Made by a program: the position numbers and the translations under genes. From Isurus oxyrinchus (lineage: Eukaryota), in contig JANJGN010000018.1 in the NCBI GenBank assembly GCA_026770705.1, forward strand, positions 78,120,001-78,184,000: a stretch of DNA of 64,000 bases. Direction: 5' to 3'. Below are positions 26,670 through 38,221 of the stretch, one piece after another; positions within the stretch are counted from its first letter, which is position 1; every line of letters starts with the position of its first letter. A model generated the notes under the pieces. That model did no database searches, was not told the origin of the DNA, and saw only the letters and a list, made by a program, of their open reading frames with translations.

Positions 26670-26688
26670 TGTCCATCAGAGGGCGCTA
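26670..26688 (+). promoter_or_regulatory. CTCF-like motif
   Basis: TGTCCATCAGAGGGCGCTA vs consensus TGGCCACCAGGGGGCGCTA (16/19), with the CpG retained in AT-rich DNA. Confidence 0.5.
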
Positions 26689-26776
26689 GACAAAATGTAA
26701 TGCTTTCCTTGTTTTCGTAAACTCTTGGTAAATGTAATATGTGAGCCGGAAAATTAAGAATAAAAGGAGACAGAAG

Positions 26777-27020
26777 GTGCGTTTAAAATAAGTGGCTAGT
26801 TTCTTTTTTCGGCCTGTGCAAACACGATGGGCTGAATGGCCTCTTTCTATGGTTCTAGAAGTGTAAGAATTTCACTATGAAATTGCACTATGTAATACTT
26901 ACATATGAACATGCCAATATTATTAAATTCTTACACTTCTAGAACCATAGAAAGAGGCCATTCAGCCCATTGTGTTTGCGCAGGTCAAAAAAAGAAACTA
27001 GCCACTTATTTTAATCACAC
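26777..27020. repeat. Long near-perfect inverted repeat (about 96-bp arms, 52-nt spacer)
   Basis: 26777-26872 is the reverse complement of 26925-27020 with few mismatches. Confidence 0.92.
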
Positions 27021-27325
27021 TTTCCACAGCACCTAGTCTACAACCTTGCAGTTTACAGTACTTCAGATGCAGATCCAGGTACCTTTTAAATGAGTTGAGC
27101 ACTTCAGACTCAACCACCAACTTAGACAGTGAATTCCAGATGCCCACCATCCTCTGCATGAAAAAGTTTTTCCTTGTGTCCCCTCTAATCCTTCTACCAA
27201 TAACCTTGAATCTATGCCCCTAATAATTGACCCCTCAGCCAGGGTAAATAAATCTTTCCGGTCTACCCTATCTAAGCCCCTCATAATTTTGGAGACCCTG
27301 TCGCCGCCTCTGTTCTAAGGAAAAC
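26940..27325 (-). mobile_element. CR1 3' fragment
   Basis: MRGLDRVDRKDLF and the CR1-type GGCTGAATGGCCT tail. Confidence 0.8.
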
Positions 27326-27830
27326 CTTGAGTTCAACAATTTCAGATCACGAACTCTCTCCTCCATCCCTGCCCTCTTTCTGATCCCCCTTTTTCCAATA
27401 ATTTAAAACAATTTTTTTACAAATATATTTTTCTTTTCCCTCCTATTTTAAAATTTATTTCGATCTATTGTTTCATCTCCACCTCTTAGCCCATTTTGAT
27501 CCCTTTCCCCCACCCCACCCCCACTAGGGCCATCTGCCACTTGCTCGTCCTGCTTTCTACCCTTAATGTCCCCATTAGCACATCCTTTGGATAATATCAC
27601 CACCATCAACACCCTTTTATCTATGACATCTTTGGCAGTCTCTTCTTGGCCTCCACCTATCAGTAGCCCCCTATAGATCTCTACCTGTCCCACCCACCAG
27701 CTTATATTTCATCTAATTTCTATATGTCTTAGTTCTGATGAAAGGTATTATGGACTCGAAACGTCAGCTGTATCCCTCTCCGCAGATGCTGTTAGACCTG
27801 CTGTGTTTTTCCAGGTATTTTTGTTTTTGT
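27325..27830 (+). mobile_element. PLE pseudo-LTR fragment
   Basis: Starts TTGAGTTCAACAATTTCAGATCA and ends in the shared GACCTGCTG..TTTTCCAG tail. Confidence 0.85.
27731..27769 (+). ncRNA. Hammerhead motif with canonical core in a PLE tail
   Basis: AGTT-CTGATGA-aaggtattatggactc-GAAAC-GTC-AGCT; exact CUGAUGA, GAAA and GUC, stem II weakened. Confidence 0.6.
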
Positions 27831-27968
27831 TCTGTTCAGGTGTAGACTGTCCAGGTTGTACTGATCCCACCTTCCCCAGAAACAGCCCCAGTGCCTCAGA
27901 AATCTGATGCCCTTCCTCCTACACTAGCTTTCCAGCCACATGTTTATTCACTCAATTCTCCTGTTTCT

Positions 27969-28195
27969 AAAAGTAAACTGCAGATGCTGGAAATCCAAAC
28001 AAAAACAGAGACAGAAATACCTGGAAAAACTCAGCAGGTCTGGCAGCATCGGCAGAGAAGAGCACAGTTAACGTTTCAAGTTCTCATGACCCTTCAACAG
28101 AACTAGTTGTTGAAGGGTCATGAGGACTCGAAACGTCAGCTGTGCTCTTCTCTATCAATGCTGCCAGACCTGCTGAGTTTTTCCAGATATTTCTG
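27969..28195. mobile_element. Palindromic mini-PLE insertion (two inverted hammerhead-bearing tails)
   Basis: About 95-bp arms centred on AACTAGTT (28101-28108); 12-bp TSD TCTCCTGTTTCT at 27957-27968 and 28196-28207; interrupts a CR1 ORF1 remnant. Confidence 0.88.
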
Positions 28196-28629
28196 TCTCC
28201 TGTTTCTGTACTCACTTGCACGTGGGACTGGGAGTAATCCTAAGATTACTGTTTTAGAGGTCCTGCTTTTCAATTTCCTTCCTAGCTCCCTAAAATCTGC
28301 TTTCAGGACTTTCCTTGTTGTCCTTTCTTTTGAGGAGCTGGGTTCAAATGCAGTACATTCTGATAGAATGAAAGTCTTTCCTCAAGCTGCCTGTTGCAAT
28401 GCTCATACCCAAAATGAATTTAGATAGCCTACCCAGCTCCTAGCCGGGCTCTACAACTCAAAATTGCTCACTCTCTGGCCCAGAGTGGTCAAGGATGGCA
28501 GCTTAAGAAAGTACAATTATTTTACATGGAAGACCTGTTTTACAAAACATAGGTGCTTTAGTTCTATCAAAGGGTAAAGTATAGTTTATCAAATTTTATT
28601 CTGTAAGCACATAATTATTGACAGCTTAC

Positions 28630-28941
28630 CTATTCTTAAAATGTAGGTGAATACTTGCATTGTATCTCTGGTTCTGATTTCACAAATATATTCTCCTGCA
28701 TCTTCCAAAGTTACATGCTGCAGTTCAAGGAATGAACATGGCGTGTTGTTTAACTTTTCTGATTGGTTCATCTTACAACTTGAGCATACATCACCATACT
28801 GGTGGACTGATCCACATTTCATCACAAATGGGGAGACTTCGGTTTTTCTAAACCTCCATGAAATTGTCAAATTCTGATCATTACTGGAGAAATTGCCGCA
28901 AGTAATTGTGATGGTTTCACTCTCAGTTTTATTTAATCTGT
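28630..28941 (-). CDS. HHLA2: Second IgV-type domain exon
   Basis: ttttaag|AC AGA...G|gtaagc, 312 nt, phase 1-1; ITITC...ISWRF...LELQHVTLEDAGEYICEI. The V-C-V order and position next to CIP2A point to HHLA2. Confidence 0.88.
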
Positions 28942-30476
28942 CTTAAAAAAAGAGCAAAAATATTTAATGTGTAATATAACACGTTACATTATTTTCCTTT
29001 TCCCATCTTGTGTGCTCAAGTGTCAATATTCCAAAGATTGAGAGCTCATTGTAAAATGGTTGTGTTTATTTGTGCTGTAACGCTAGAGACACAGTTCCTG
29101 CACATGTGTAGATGCCGTTACAGTGATACAGGAGTTACAGTCTTGCTTGCATGCTACACCCTAAAAGTATGCCTCAAAATGAAGACCAGGATAGCAAACC
29201 ATGACAGTAAGGGGTGAAAATGGTATTGAGAAAGTAGTGTCAGTGCCAGCAGCAATAACTAGTCGCATAGGTGCTAAATCCAGATGCCTTCTAATGAAGT
29301 TTTGGCCAAGTGCACGGCACAACTGTTCCTGATGCCTTTCCAGTCAGCAGCAGGAGTTACAGTGTTGTAATATATACAGGAAACAAATGAAAGAGGGATA
29401 ACTTCTCAATGTGGGAAAAGGCATTTTTTTTAATATATATATACATATACGGCTAATCTTTCTGTTCGAGCACTGACTAAATATGTCCAACTCTAATAAA
29501 TCTGATCCATTTGGGTTCAGGCCATTTACATGTTGTGTACTGGTATCTTTACTACTTGGGTTTGGTACGTGCCCAAAAAGGGTTGGGAAATGAATCTAAT
29601 GCTATGGGCCTTAAAGGCCTCCGGAAACTTAAAGGCCACTGATCTTTTGGTAATTTATCAAGATTTCTGATAGCACTGCAGGAAACATGAGGGTCCCCTG
29701 CATTGATGATGATAGTAATATATCTTGCTGCAGGAAGTGAATCTTAGGGCGAATGTACTATTTATTTCCCTATCTGCGTGGTGTGGAGAGCATTGCAGGA
29801 GGTGGCGAACAGCATTAATACCAATAACAATGTCCAAATGGTAGTTACAATGCCAGGAGACAATAATGGACCTCACCAGGAGCAGCAAGGTAGAAACCGG
29901 CAATAGCAGATCATTTTAATGCACCATACCAACTATAAGCTTTCCTTTTTTGCTCATGTATTCCTTTGCTTACTCTCCACCTTTTCTTGGGTGCCTATGA
30001 CACTGCACAATGCACTACGAGCACTTCCCTCAGCCAGTACCATCTCTTGCAGTAAAAGGCTGCAGAGGATGAACAATTGCCAACTCCTTCCAAGATTAGC
30101 ACCTACAAATTGCACAGTTTTTACTTCTCAATACCTGCAGCACTCACCCTGGCATATCATTGTAAAGAGGCACCATGCTACCAATGGCAACTAGACAGTG
30201 TATGATTCTGCTTTTAAAGGTGAAGGCAGTAACTAACAAGAGGGAGACAGTGCGTAATACAAGTGTTTCAGCCACCTTATATTCTTTGACACCCAAATTC
30301 ACAATGGAACTTAGATGGGCCAGCTGTAGGATTTGTTTAACACTTAAAAAGCTAAACTACAAATGCTTTAGACATAACAAACAAAGCCGTAAACACTGAA
30401 ATTACACAGCTGATCAAGCAACATTTGTAAAGAGAAAAGTTATTTTCTGTCATTTTAAGTTCTTTGTTGTTCCAAA

Positions 30477-30657
30477 GGGGCAATTTTCACCTAAGTCGCC
30501 AGTTGGGAAACTGACTGATTCGAGAGTAAAGCTTGTTTTACATCCCATCAGATTTTACTCTCCATTGACATCAATGGAGAGTAATATCAGCTGGGATCTA
30601 TATCCATTTGATTCTGATGGTTTCCCACCAGGCAAGTCATGATGAAATTGTCACCCG
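30477..30657. mobile_element. Probable MITE
   Basis: GGGGCAATTTTCA...TGAAATTGTCACCC ends, with an internal hairpin TTACTCTCCATTGACATCAATGGAGAGTAA. Confidence 0.5.
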
Positions 30658-31381
30658 AGCATGTGGCTTTGCCCTTGCCTGACTTGCAACTAGAATTGCA
30701 CAAGAAGCACAAAAGGGTTGGAAATCACGCACAATGGGTCTCAGTTTCTTTTTTCACAGTGTTACCATTGAAATTAAGTTTATATGTGGCACAATATGAA
30801 GGAAAATTGGTCCTAGTTGGCTGAGATTTTCCACTTTGTATTGTTCATTAAAGTGAAAGAATTGAAAGTCATATGGACCAGCAGAAGTAGAAAATCCAAA
30901 CCAGATGGGTCGGGTCTCCAGATTGTTTGGATACCAGCTTTTTTCCACAGGACTACTCCCACTGTGGTCCTTCACAATGCTGGCTGAAGCATCATATAAA
31001 CTGATTGAGTCATTGACTCAAATCGGTGGCTTGGACTCTATTCTGACTCAATTTATTTTTTGACTTGTGATTTGACTTAGGAAAAAATTACTTGGTTACA
31101 ACCCTATAATCTGACTAGGTCTTTGTGAGTAAGAAAGTGCAAAAAACAACAAAGCATGGTGCTTCAAAGTTGACCCCATGGGTATAGAAAAAATGTACAC
31201 CAACACCTTCACTTAATTTGACAAAAAGGGAAATATGAGCCACAGAAAATGTTGCAATTACAAAAACTGTTTAATCATCAAATTATATCCAATTCAAATA
31301 TCACAACAATCCTAAAATATTTTACATACTTGAAAACTAATGTTCGGGAGGTTTCTTTAAAGGTTATTTACCAATTGTTAC

Positions 31382-31666
31382 CTTGCATTTTCCAGGTTGC
31401 AATCCATGACTGCTGCAATCGTTCATTCTTAATATTACATTTGTAGGTTAAGTTTGACGTTTGATCAATCTTCAAAATGCTTGTAACACTGTGAAGTCCT
31501 TCTGCATCTACAGATTCTTTTAAACTTGTACCATCAGTTAGGTCATTCCCATCCTCATCTTGCCATATTATTGATGGCTTTGGATAAGTACCATTTACTG
31601 AGCAGGTAGCATTGGCTGCAGGAAACAGCATATTTGGGGGATGTAGTTCTACATTCTTCCAGTAAG
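31382..31666 (-). CDS. HHLA2: B7-family IgC domain exon
   Basis: ttccag|CT TAC...G|gtaac, 285 nt, phase 1-1; TCSVNGTYPKPSIIW...GLHSVTSIL...YKCNIKNERLQQSW. Confidence 0.9.
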
Positions 31667-31934
31667 CTGGAAATAAATAATAAGCCATTGGTTCCTTATT
31701 TAGACAGCTTAGCTTCTCAAAAATATTACCATTCAGCTTTACATGTAATAATGGCAATAAAAATCAGGAGAAATATAAAACAGTTTGCTAATTCACTATG
31801 ACTCACTTCAAACTATCACACAAAGCCAAAATCCCTCTGCTTCTGAAAAAGTATTCATGTACAACTTAATAACATATGCATTATATGTGATATATAATAT
31901 TACATTAGCATTTAAAAAGTAAGGTACTTCTCAA

Positions 31935-33045
31935 GTCATTTGATAAAGTGTCACACAACGGACTTGTGAGCAAAGATAGAACTCATGGAATAAAAGGGAC
32001 AGTAGCAACTTGGCTACGAAATTAGCAGAGTGAGAGGAAACAAAAAGTAGTGGTGAATGATTGTTTTTCGGACTGGAGGAAGGTTTAAAGTGGAGTTTCC
32101 AGGGATCGGTGTTAGGACTCCTGCTTTTCATGATATGTAATAATGACCTAGGTCTTGGTTTACAGGGCATAATTTCAAAATTTGCAGGTGACACAAAAGT
32201 TAGAAGTATTGTGAGCCATTGGGAGGATAGTTAGAGCTTCAATAGGACATAGCCAGGATGGCAGAATGAGGGGACAAGTGGCAGATGAAATGTAATGCAG
32301 AGAAGTGCAAATTGATTCATTTTGGTAGGAATAATACAGAGAGACAATACAAATAAAGGGTACAATTCTAAAGCAGCAAAGGGGCCCAGGTATTTATGTG
32401 CATAAATCATTGACAGCAGCATGACAGGTTGAGAGTGCGTTTGACATTAACCTGGGGTTTATCAATAGGAACAGAGAGTATAAAAGCAAGTAAGTTAAGT
32501 TAAATATGTATAAACACTGGTCTCAGCTGGGCATCACACTTCAGGAAGAATGCGAAGGCATTAGAGAGGGTGCAGAAAAGATTCACAAGAATAGTTCCAG
32601 CGAAAAGGAATTTCAGTTATGTCAAACGAATGGAGAAGTTGGGACTGCTCTCCTTGGAGAAGGTTGAAAGGACACTTGATAGAGGTATTCAAGATTATAT
32701 GGGATCTGGACAGAGTGGATAGGGAGAAACTGTATCCATTGGTGGAAGCATTGAGAACCAGTAGACATAGGTTTAAGATAATTAGCTAAAAATCAATGGC
32801 GACATAAGGAAAATCTTTTTCATGCAGCAACTGATTAGGATCTGGAATTCATTGCCTGAGGCTATGGTGGAGACAGGGTCAATTTGAAGCTTTCAAAGAA
32901 AATTTGGATCAATATCTGAGAGAGAAATATGGGGAGAAGGCAGGGAAGTGGCACTGGGTGAATTGCTCCTTCAGAGGGTCAGCAGGGACATGATAAGCCG
33001 AAAGGTTTCCTTTGGTGCTATAACCAATTTATGATTCTATGATAT
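31935..33045 (+). mobile_element. CR1 LINE 3' part (decayed RT)
   Basis: FDKVSH, GSVLG, SKFAGDTK-like motifs and a 3' tail ending ATGATTCTATGA. Confidence 0.88.
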
Positions 33046-33149
33046 GTATGGATAACAGAAACTGGAGATTAGGAAGGAGAGCCCAAAATTTGGACAAAGT
33101 GATGGATTTCAGGGGGGTTTTTAAAGGATGATAGAGAGGTGTGAGCTGA

Positions 33150-33316
33150 AAAAAAATTTTTTTTCCCTTAGTTCTGTTGAAGAGCCATACGGACTCGAAA
33201 CGTTAACTGTGTTCCTCTCCACAGATGCTGTCAGACCTGCTGAGTTTTTCCAGGTATTTTTATTTTTGTTTTTGCTTTGGATTTCCAGCATCGGCAGTTT
33301 TTTGCTTTTATCCTTA
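33150..33316 (+). mobile_element. 167-bp PLE tail insertion with hammerhead motif
   Basis: 10-bp TSD TGTGAGCTGA at 33140-33149 and 33317-33326; motif at 33170-33208. Confidence 0.85.
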
Positions 33317-36300
33317 TGTGAGCTGATTGAGTTTAGGCAGATAGAGTAAAAGTTACCAAACTTTTATTTCAACATTTGACAATATATAATGAGAGAACAT
33401 GAGCTATAGCTAAATATAATAAAAGTAAATATGTTGTGAATTCAATAAACACTGCAATGTACTAATGATTCAAAGTTTAGTTCGCCTTACAAATGTACAA
33501 ATTGGCAAGGAATATGACAAGAACAGTGTCCTCAGGTGAGTTACATAAAATAGTGGTTACTCATTTGGGAGGCATATTAAGGATTTGTTAGACAATCAGA
33601 TTAACTAAATAGGAGGTAATGGTGTGGTTTCTTTGATTTTAAGTTGGGAATTAATATGAGATTTTGCAAGGAATATATGAAGTGCTCCTCCTCAAAAATT
33701 ACCTTCAACCTTTCTACACTATAGCCTGCCGCTCCTCATATTTATCCTTCTTCCTATTGTGGATGGCAAGTAATTAAATGTATTTTTATGGCACGGCATC
33801 ACAGTTTTATATCCTCAGTCAGCTCTTTGAAGTTGGAATAATCAATTATTTTGGAAAATATTGAAGTTTTGAATACTTTATAATGAAAGGTACCCAGCAT
33901 CATGTGAGATCCTCTACAATCTCTCTCCTTATTACTTCTTCAACTTTCTCCAGCCCTGCATCCCTGTTGGCATCCACCACTCTTCCAATTCTGTTCCAAT
34001 ATGTGTTCTAATATTGCTTAGTTTAGTCTTCAGCCATCTTGCTTCCCCTCTTTTCAATTCTGCCCCAAGCCCTTCTACTTAGCTTCATCTCTGCAAACCT
34101 TCAAAAGGCTCCTTAAAATCTACTAACAAGAATTTTGTCTAAAATTCTCCTGACCAGCTGACCAAAGATTGATGGAAAGCCTGCATACGCCTTGTAAACA
34201 GTGTTTCTGCTAATCTACCACTTAAATTATGGCACCCATCCTGCAGAACCATTGAGTAAATTCTCAATATATCTCTATGACCACCACACCTACTCCTTTC
34301 CACCTGCTTGGTTCTGATTATTAACATATTTATGGAAAATATATTTACCATGCTCTAAATATAAATAATACCAGTTATTTTTCAGTGAATTTGATCTAAT
34401 CAAGAAGCTTGTGGAATTATTTTGTCATTCTGTATCCTCCCTATTTCAGATCAGTCTGGTTTAGTTAGGATCCCTTGTTACATAGAAACATTCTGGATAG
34501 TGACGTACTTTTAGAATGATTTTAAGGCTTATAACCTCAATGGGATTGTGGAAATACTCCTATGATTAGTGGAAATGCTAATATTTGTGTAACTGTTTTT
34601 TAAATGTGAAATGTGATGGACCTATTGTCCAAGATTAGTATAACTTTAGATTAATTTGCCTTTTAGGATTCAATAGTTTGTCCAGATTTTTATCTGTAAC
34701 AATTCTGGTTAACTCCAGAAACAGTTAAAATAAATAACCAAGACCTAGTTCAAACAAATTACCTTAAGATCTGTTTTTATTCAAACTAAATTGGGATCAT
34801 AGGGACATAATTTGGGACAAGATTTAGTTATATAAACTCCTTGGCACTATTTCTTCTTTTCTTCTGTTAACAATACCACTGATGGTGAGCGCAGCTACGT
34901 AATCAATTTTGTCAAAACTTGCCGGCTATATTGCGATGCCAAAAAAATATCATTTGTACCTTAGCAATAATAGAAGCCAGGGATGCATGTGTGCCTCTGG
35001 CATCCAACATTGAATGAAACCTGGGGGTGATTTAAAATGTTGCAGCAATGCAATCAACTGCTGAGTGATCGAGAGCATTACAGAAATGATCAGCAGAGTC
35101 AGATAGCCAGTAAATTTTGTTTCCACTCTTTCACAGCACTGCAGAGACTGCTTACATTGCAACATGGTGCTGCAGCAAAATTGCTCACCCTGCCCCCACC
35201 CTGGTTGGACAACTAGATACAAAATGTGAATGCTTTGATTCCAGGATATGGATTAGACAGTTAAGTTCTGTCCCTGCCCAAGATTCACCTCTGAAAGGTA
35301 TTGAAGGGCCATTTGCTTTGCAAAACTTTTCCCATAAACAAATGTCAAACTAATCAAAACTTTCCTTCCATAGTCTGCAAAGAACAGTGGAAAGGGAGGA
35401 TTTGCAATTTAGAAGATCAATTGAGATATTGGGCCCAATTTTAACTCCATGTATGTAATCGGTTTTGAGTGAGTTAAAACCTCACCAAACCTGTTGAGAT
35501 GCGATAAAGTCAATTGATTCATCAGGACCTTGGCATCAATTCCAATTCACTTGCTGCCTGGGCTTAACATCAAGTGCCCACACCTTTGTCACGAAACAGA
35601 TGTGAGAAATGACAGCCACAACTCTGCCTCTTTTACACTTGCTTTTGTCATCAAGATTTCCTCTCACTCTTTTCCAGGATCCTTAACAGTGTTTTAAGGT
35701 TTTGTATTTTGATGACAGCTCCATACATCAGCACAGCCTTGACCTTGTCCTGAATTTCCACATTCACGTCAATTAATGATATGCATTGAAATGGGATGTT
35801 TTCAACCTAGTCAGTGCTGAACTAAATCATGACACCCTTTGAAATATTATATCTGCAACATTTGCCCTCCTAGGGCTGGGCCGTGGTGTAGTGGTACTGT
35901 CACTAGACTAGTCTTTGCGTATCACAGGGTATAGCTCTCACAAATCTCACCATGACACATGATGAAGTATATGTAAGGGAATCTTTGTGATGTAGATCAA
36001 AGGCAAATTAATGAAGTTCAGGTGTAGATCAGCTATGAACTAATTGAAAGACATTGACTGGCCTTTTCCTGTTCCTATCTTTTTATGTAAGTTTATTTTA
36101 CACTTAGTTTTATTTTGAGATGATATTATAAATTTAGTTCCTTGGTCAGACTGGCGACGGGGCCGTAAAATGCAGTGTAACATTCTAAACTCCATTGACT
36201 TCGGCAGGACCGTAAAGTCCCACAGGCATAAAATTCCGCCACTTGACTCCTTGATAAGTGATTAGAATTAAATGATTTCACATTCTATTCATTTCCAAAT

Positions 36301-36354
36301 CACAACCCAATTCACAGAAAATTCATTTTCAATGGAAAGTAACATATCTCTGAC

Positions 36355-36681
36355 CAGCCACTTCTAGCAAGATGTTCAGTTCACTTTTCCCCTCTGATGT
36401 ACTGATGTAACATTGGTACTCTCCTTCATCAGCCTTGTTAACTCCTGTAAGCTGAAGGGATGCATTTCCTTTCATTATCTCATCGATAAAAAGCTTTGTT
36501 CTCCCTTTGTAGTTTTGATCTTGTTTGAATAACTGATCTGTTTCTCGATAAAAGCTGTGAACCACAATGGTCTTCTGGGCCAGATGGCGCATCCAGTGAA
36601 GAACTATATCAGACAACTGGGTTGGTCGAAATGTACAAGGCAAAACCATGTCCTTGGAAATGATACCTATGCTGCTCCCAT
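36355..36681 (-). CDS. HHLA2: B7-family IgV domain exon 1 (HHLA2/B7-H7-like)
   Basis: ttttag|AT GGG...G|gtcaga, 327 nt, phase 1-1. B7/butyrophilin IgV motifs VLPCTF, LHW, VHSFY...DQ...YKGRTKLF, GNASLQL, DEGEYQC. Confidence 0.9.
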
Positions 36682-36933
36682 CTAAAAGGAAATAGAACAA
36701 AATTAGTCTTTGCTGGTAAACAAAAGTGTTTGAAAGTTACAATCCAATTTCCAAACTTCAAAAACCAACCAATATTACTTCACCATAAACTGAAGGATCA
36801 ATAGCAATGATTATGCACAGAATAGACCATTATTTTGGGGCTGGGGTGGTTGGGGGCTCGGTGGGGCGGGGGGTGGGGTGGTGGTCTGATGGACTAGACT
36901 GCTATGCAACATTATTGTGATAATAGAAACATT

Positions 36934-38152
36934 GGGCAGAATCATCCCAAATTTGCACTAAGTGCAGTAGCAGGCAGGGAATACAATGTTTTACCCGTCG
37001 GCCGCATTGGCAGCTTTTTGCGCCGTTTCGTCCCAAACCTGCCACATTAATTATGCATACCTGGGATACACGCTGTTTCAATGGCGGGCGGGCTCCGATT
37101 TGCCTGCCATGCTGTCACCTCGCCGTTTCATCACGCCAGGCACCACATTTAAAGTACAGCCGCGCTCAGTGCTTCTGGTCCAGGACTGCTGCAAAGAAGA
37201 CATGGTCCCAAAAGGCAAGAAGACTGCAGCCCTTGAGGGCCTTTTGGATGCTGTAGAGTTCTGCCATGATGTCCTTTACCCCTGCTCTGGCTGCAGGATG
37301 AGCAGCTACATTACCACTCCAGCTTGGTGGGCGATGGCAGTGGTGATCAGTGCCAGTGCTGCACAGATGAAGTTGGCCATCCAGTGCAGATAGATGATGA
37401 ATGATTTCATCCATGCAGCCAGAGTATGGCAACCATCTCATCACTCTAACCTCACACTCAAGCCCATCAAACATTCACTGGCATCTCACTCACTGCCAGC
37501 TAAAGGGACATCACCACCCATTCTCACACACATACCCTCACATGTCCATCTGGTATCATCTCCTCTGGAGACTGCCTCCTCAGCCCACACCATCTTGAGG
37601 CCACTTGCACAGATCAACATGTGCCCCCACACACCCTGGGATACTTTCCTTCAGTCCAGCTCTTGTCCTGCAGCTCTTCCCTTACCTGAGGCCACTTCTC
37701 CCCCTTCCCCAAGCAAGCCCTAGCCTTGCAGCCATTGAAAAGCCACCCTCATCTGGTAGGTAAAGACTGCCCATGAGCTCCCCTATAAGTGATGTGGTGC
37801 TGTCTGTGACGCTGAGTAATGACTGAAGCAAAATAGGCAAACAAACCTTGAAGCCCTGAGTGAAGTGCAGCCTGCCAAGTGCACACCTGATAAACGGTGT
37901 TGTGAAACACATCAGCATGTGAGCAGATGATCCGGCAGGAGGGGACAATTCCGACAGGCTGGCCTAATAATGCTATGCAGATGTATTACAATGAGGTTCC
38001 CAACATCCAATGATGGGAAACATGGCCTGTCATTGACAGGCTGAGCGGACGATTGCAAACTGGTTTCATGCTGTCATGAAGCCAGTCACACCATATTGTC
38101 TGCTCACGCCATCGAACATGCACGATGCCAGCAGGCATGGAAAATCTCAGCC
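36934..38152 (+). mobile_element. Harbinger-derived element with Myb/SANT-like ORF remnant, copy 1
   Basis: LEGLLDAVE...W.AMAVVISA...IQCR*MMNDF; GGGCAGAAT left end; collinear with the copy at 56364. Confidence 0.75.
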
Positions 38153-38221
38153 GTTAACGCTGTTTCCCTCTCCACAGATGCTGCCAGACCTGCTGAGTTT
38201 TTCCAGCATTTTCTGTTTTTA

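Noticed and set aside
29640-30200. Faint Myb/SANT-like Harbinger remnants
   Set aside because: Too decayed to define motifs or ends by eye.
36770-36835. Hydrophobic stretch WSILCIIIAIDPSVY as an alternative signal exon
   Set aside because: In-frame TAA immediately upstream, no ATG or acceptor, and a weak donor.
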